From assembly GCA_030295235.1 (NCBI GenBank), contig AP026123.1:930001-994000 (forward strand): a stretch of 64,000 nt of DNA, written 5' to 3'. A model generated the notes under the pieces. That model did not search any database and had not been told where the DNA came from. It saw only the letters and a program-made list of their open reading frames with translations. The DNA comes from Fistulifera solaris (lineage: Eukaryota). This document shows, piece by piece, positions 60,380 through 64,000 of the stretch (its first letter is position 1; each line of letters begins with the position of its first letter). The translations under genes and the position numbers were made by a program.

Positions 60380-60617
60380 CTAAGTAATTGGCAGTATGGC
60401 CTAAACTGTTGGTTTACGGCGGAATGAAATTTTACACTTATTTTACTGAGTACCGATGCGTACTACTTTTATGGGTGTATTGAAAGTTGAAAGTATCTGA
60501 AAGGAGAAAAACCAGCACGTTTGTATCTAAGTAAATCGTAGTATGGCCTAAACTGTTAGTTTACGGCAGGGGGAGAAATTATACTTAGTAACCTGGGTAC
60601 CGATGCGTGCTATTTAT
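60380..60617. repeat. Two-copy direct repeat (~90 bp, period ~147 bp) containing a conserved hairpin
   Basis: ctaagta..agtatggcctaaactgtt(g/a)gtttacggc...gaaatt.ta.actta...gtaccgatgcgt.cta.ttt at ~60380 and ~60527. Confidence 0.8.
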
Positions 60618-60795
60618 ATTTCTTTGCACTTCACACCCCTTTCTTCGCGCTTCGCGTGCGTTTATATGCCGTCATTTTTTTATTATTCTTCACGATGCTG
60701 TCGTCCGACGACGAAACAATACACATACATTCATTTCCTCACTGTTCATTTCTTCCTTATAAAAGAAATATTAACCACCGAAATCACATACGCTC

Positions 60796-61384
60796 ATGGG
60801 CGCGTTATGCAGCACAGGATTCGGTTCGTCAAGGAGCGTGCGCGTCGACTGCCCTCTCGAATTTGTATGGGAGACCATAGCCGATCTCCAACACTTCCCC
60901 GATTTCCTGTGTCATGTGAGCTCAGTACATTGCTTGAATAAGGAAAAGACGAAACTACTAAAGCGCGGTACGCGCTGGAGAGAAAACGCGCATCTTTCAA
61001 GGGGAACCTTTTGTATTGCTCAACACTGTCACGTCGATGAAAGATCACGAAAAGGACTCGAGATTAATTCGTATTCATTCAGGCTTTACCGAGTCATATC
61101 CGCGGACCAAGGATTTAGAGCAAACGGTTCATACGAGTACACTGGTCGTCACACGGATAGAACCGGAACAATGTGAACTGCGCCGGTCCTACGCCATCGT
61201 GTACGGAACATGGACTGGGCGCGTGGTAGTCGGATGTTGTCAATGGTATCTACCAAAAGTGGTAGAAACATCGTTTGAGGAGGAACTGAAAGAATTTGCA
61301 AAAGAAGCCGTGTCAAGGTATCAACGATCGCTAGGCAGCAAAGGGTCTAGTATTGAGGATTTTGCTGGTACAAATCAACATTGA
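60796..61384 (+). CDS. SRPBCC/polyketide cyclase-like (START-fold) protein, paralog 1; frameshift near 61010
   Basis: SVRVDCPLEFVWETIADLQHFPDFLCHVSSV...RGTRWRE. Clear paralogy to 62073-62642. Confidence 0.7.
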
Positions 61385-62072
61385 ATTGCCGAGGTTGACT
61401 CTGATACTGGGATTATCTATCATATGCAATCAGTCTTGCGGTGCAAACTATGAGATTCCAGCAGTTGATAACAGCAAAACTCGCTTTACATCTGTTCAAC
61501 AACTTGTCGTCATGAATCTACGACGGCGATTTTCGTCGAGTTCATCATCCGCAAGGGCGCCGCGCTCATTTTGAAGTGAGTTCCGCTGCACCGCTAGTTA
61601 TAATGGAGTGGCTCTTGTTTGTTTGTAGTTAAGGAATCAACGTCGCCACGACTAAGGTTACAATTCAATTATTAGCAGCTCGGGTACTGTAACAGTTCAA
61701 CTATGACTGTAGCACGTGAAGTAGCGACGAAACCTCCCCCTCCGCGCGCGTCGCACGTATGAATTTTTGGACCATTTTTGCGGTCATGAATTGCCGAGCA
61801 TACACGCCATTTTTCGCTCCGATGAGCCTGAAGAAGGAGATAATGATTTTCTAAGTCACTGCAATGCTGTTATTTCGCAATAAGTTTTCAAGACCTATCA
61901 AATCGATTTGACAGGTCTGGGCTTACACGACAAACTAAAGGCAACGAGAAAAAGTTGGTCAAAAGTCAAAAAGCAAGCGTGGACCATTCACAAGAGCACC
62001 GCTTGACAGTAAACTGGCAACTTGTTCTTTCGTAAATAGAAAATCACCAATCTACACACATTGAAAAGACAA

Positions 62073-62642
62073 ATGGGGGCACTGTGCAGCAAGGGATTCG
62101 GCTCGTCGAAGCGAGTGTCGGTAGACTGTCCCATGGAATTCGTCTGGGAAAGTATAACAGATTTCCATCATTATCCCGAAATTATGTCGACTATCAGTTC
62201 GGTTCACTGCTTGAAAGAGGATCCAGGGAAAGCAATCACGTGCGGTACTCGGTGGAGAGAAACGCGTTCCTTTCGAGGGAGACCTGTCATAATAACAAAA
62301 ACGGTTACCTCGGTTGACGACGAACAAAAGGATTTCAAGATAGTTAGTATTCATTCAGGATTCACGGAACCTCAAGTTGGAAGTGCCGATTTGGGAGATG
62401 CGGTCTATACTAGTACATTCGCTGTGAAACGAACGGCACCGCAACGTTGTGAATTGCACGGATCTTATGCAGCATTGTACGGGCCTTGGAAGAGAAGATT
62501 GGTGGCAGCGTGTCTTGAATGGTATCTGCCGAAAGCGGTAGATAGAGCATTTGATGCCGAACTAAAAGATTTTGCGAACGAAGCCTTGGCGCGGTATCGT
62601 CGATCGCAAGTCAACAAGAACAGTGGCCAATTGGATTCATAA
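62073..62642 (+). CDS. SRPBCC/polyketide cyclase-like protein, paralog 2
   Basis: MGALCSKGFGSSKRVSVDCPMEFVWESITDFHHYPEIMSTISSV...GTRWRETR; C-terminal helix FDAELKDFANEAL. Confidence 0.75.
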   Translation: MGALCSKGFGSSKRVSVDCPMEFVWESITDFHHYPEIMSTISSVHCLKEDPGKAITCGTRWRETRSFRGRPVIITKTVTSVDDEQKDFKIVSIHSGFTEPQVGSADLGDAVYTSTFAVKRTAPQRCELHGSYAALYGPWKRRLVAACLEWYLPKAVDRAFDAELKDFANEALARYRRSQVNKNSGQLDS

Positions 62643-63143
62643 AAATGGAGGCACCCACGTAGTAAGAAAGGAAAGGCTAACAGAAGCCTTGTCGTCTACG
62701 TCGCTTTGTTGTTCACTCTCTGGTTCTTCGAGAAGAAAGACAAGACTCTAATTGAACGCCGATGATATTATTTTGAAAGAATTGTGAACCGCTTCATCCT
62801 TCTCGAAAGTTTTCTCGTCCGTGCTCGTCCAAGACTTTTCCTTTAACAGTTCGTCCGTACTTATAGTACGGTATCGTTAGTCGGGTGAAATTCTATTTAG
62901 ATGTTACAGGTATTCAACGGTTAAATGATCAGTACTAGTGCCCTCTATTGCCAATTCTATTGCGACCCGTCGCGTTCCGCTCGCTCTCTTTTTATTGCGG
63001 ATTATATTGTTCCGTTTACTTTGTTGTTGCGTTGCCTTCGAGTTTACGAAGATTACAAATATTAACTTTGCATAGGCGTGAAACCTCTCTCGAAACGTTG
63101 TTGCCTTTAGGTTCAACTTGCTGCAAACTCAGCGCACTTTAAT

Positions 63144-63971
63144 ATGCCGCCGCTGACGGCTCTTCTTTTCGGTGGATGGAAGCGCCGCGTTTGCACTCCG
63201 AAACTCCCCACGGTCTTTTGTATTTCGCCAACGGCACGACGATACGCGAAAGCTGCCGTTCAGTATACTCTACTGTGTTTCGTTCTCATTATTCTGGTGT
63301 TGTGGTTGGGAGCCGAATACGAAGCATTTCGTATTCGTCGAGCGGGAGTCGACACTGAAGTTCTATCAAACAGACTCTGTTTGTGGAATCATTCAACTAC
63401 AAAACGAAAGCGAGACTCCACTTCTGATTGATACCTTCGAAAACATGACAGTTGCAGAAGCCTATCCTGAACCAGTCACCGTAGCACATTGTGGTGACTG
63501 CGGAAAATGCTCCAATCCACACGACGTGAATATTTACGACGACACCAAGAATACCTTATTTGACACTACCCTTACCTGCGGGAAACGAGCTTTCATTTGG
63601 GGCCGACGAACGGCCGACAAGTGCATGATGGAGAACGTGGGATTCACAGAACCTTGCAACGAATGCTGGGTCGAGAACATACTCTGCGACTTACGATACT
63701 GTATCTTCACATGTATCTGGTACGGTCTCTTCAACGAAGCAAATACGGGACAAGACCAAAAACACTCAATCCCTGCACTCGCTGCGATGAACTACGTTGT
63801 GGTCCCGAGTTTGTAACATGCGCGGGCGTCAATCGACGACGAGCTGGTATTCTCAGTGACATTGAACGAGATTTGAAAAATGAAGTTTGCCACGAAGCTG
63901 CACCTAATTGGTGGAAAGACCCTGTGTTGCAAGACAAATGGAAGCAACAAAATCACGAACGCGGTCTCTGA
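63144..63971 (+). CDS. Membrane-anchored/secreted cysteine-rich hypothetical protein (fragmented)
   Basis: N-terminal TM segment (YTLLCFVLIILVLWLG), then VAHCGDCGKCSNPHDVNIY, VGFTEPCNECWVENILCD, and LNPCTRCDELRCGPEFVTCAGVNRRRAGILSDIER across two indels. Confidence 0.7.
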
Positions 63972-64000
63972 TTGAGCAGATGATCGATATATCACGTGCC

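Noticed and set aside
1..64000. tRNA, rRNA or spliceosomal snRNA genes
   Set aside because: No T-loop/cloverleaf or U1/U2/U6 signature was noticed by eye. A tRNAscan/Infernal run would be needed to exclude them.

Overview
This is eukaryotic, gene-dense nuclear DNA with short GT-AG introns. It is most consistent with a diatom or related photosynthetic stramenopile, because several genes start with bipartite signal-peptide + 'A-F-x-P'-type plastid presequences; that assignment is an inference. About 28 genes are recognisable: a GGCT-like protein, a GST, NDUFA6, a Myb-like Q-rich regulator, Exo70, TAF2, SIL1, a PPR protein, two alpha/beta hydrolases flanking a bacterial-type M23 peptidase, a secreted Cys-rich protein, DHX37, an MFS transporter, a phosphate-carrier-like SLC25, three SYLF/Ysc84 paralogs, a PH/PDZ-like protein, eRF3, an eEF3-type HEAT-only protein, SGT1, two SRPBCC paralogs and others. 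Many genes are broken by 1-nt indels in homopolymers, which looks like long-read consensus error rather than biology. The most striking signal is three putatively plastid-targeted proteins that share a distinctive WW-domain subtype. One has two WW domains only, one has three WW domains plus a C-terminal PyShell (pyrenoid shell)-like beta module, and one has a WW domain fused to a PTC7/PBCP-type PP2C phosphatase. Non-coding structure includes a 1.1-kb TA-flanked TIR element, a ~222-bp palindrome-rich satellite with an inverted relative 10 kb away, and a dispersed/tandem hairpin + CTAYAG element.
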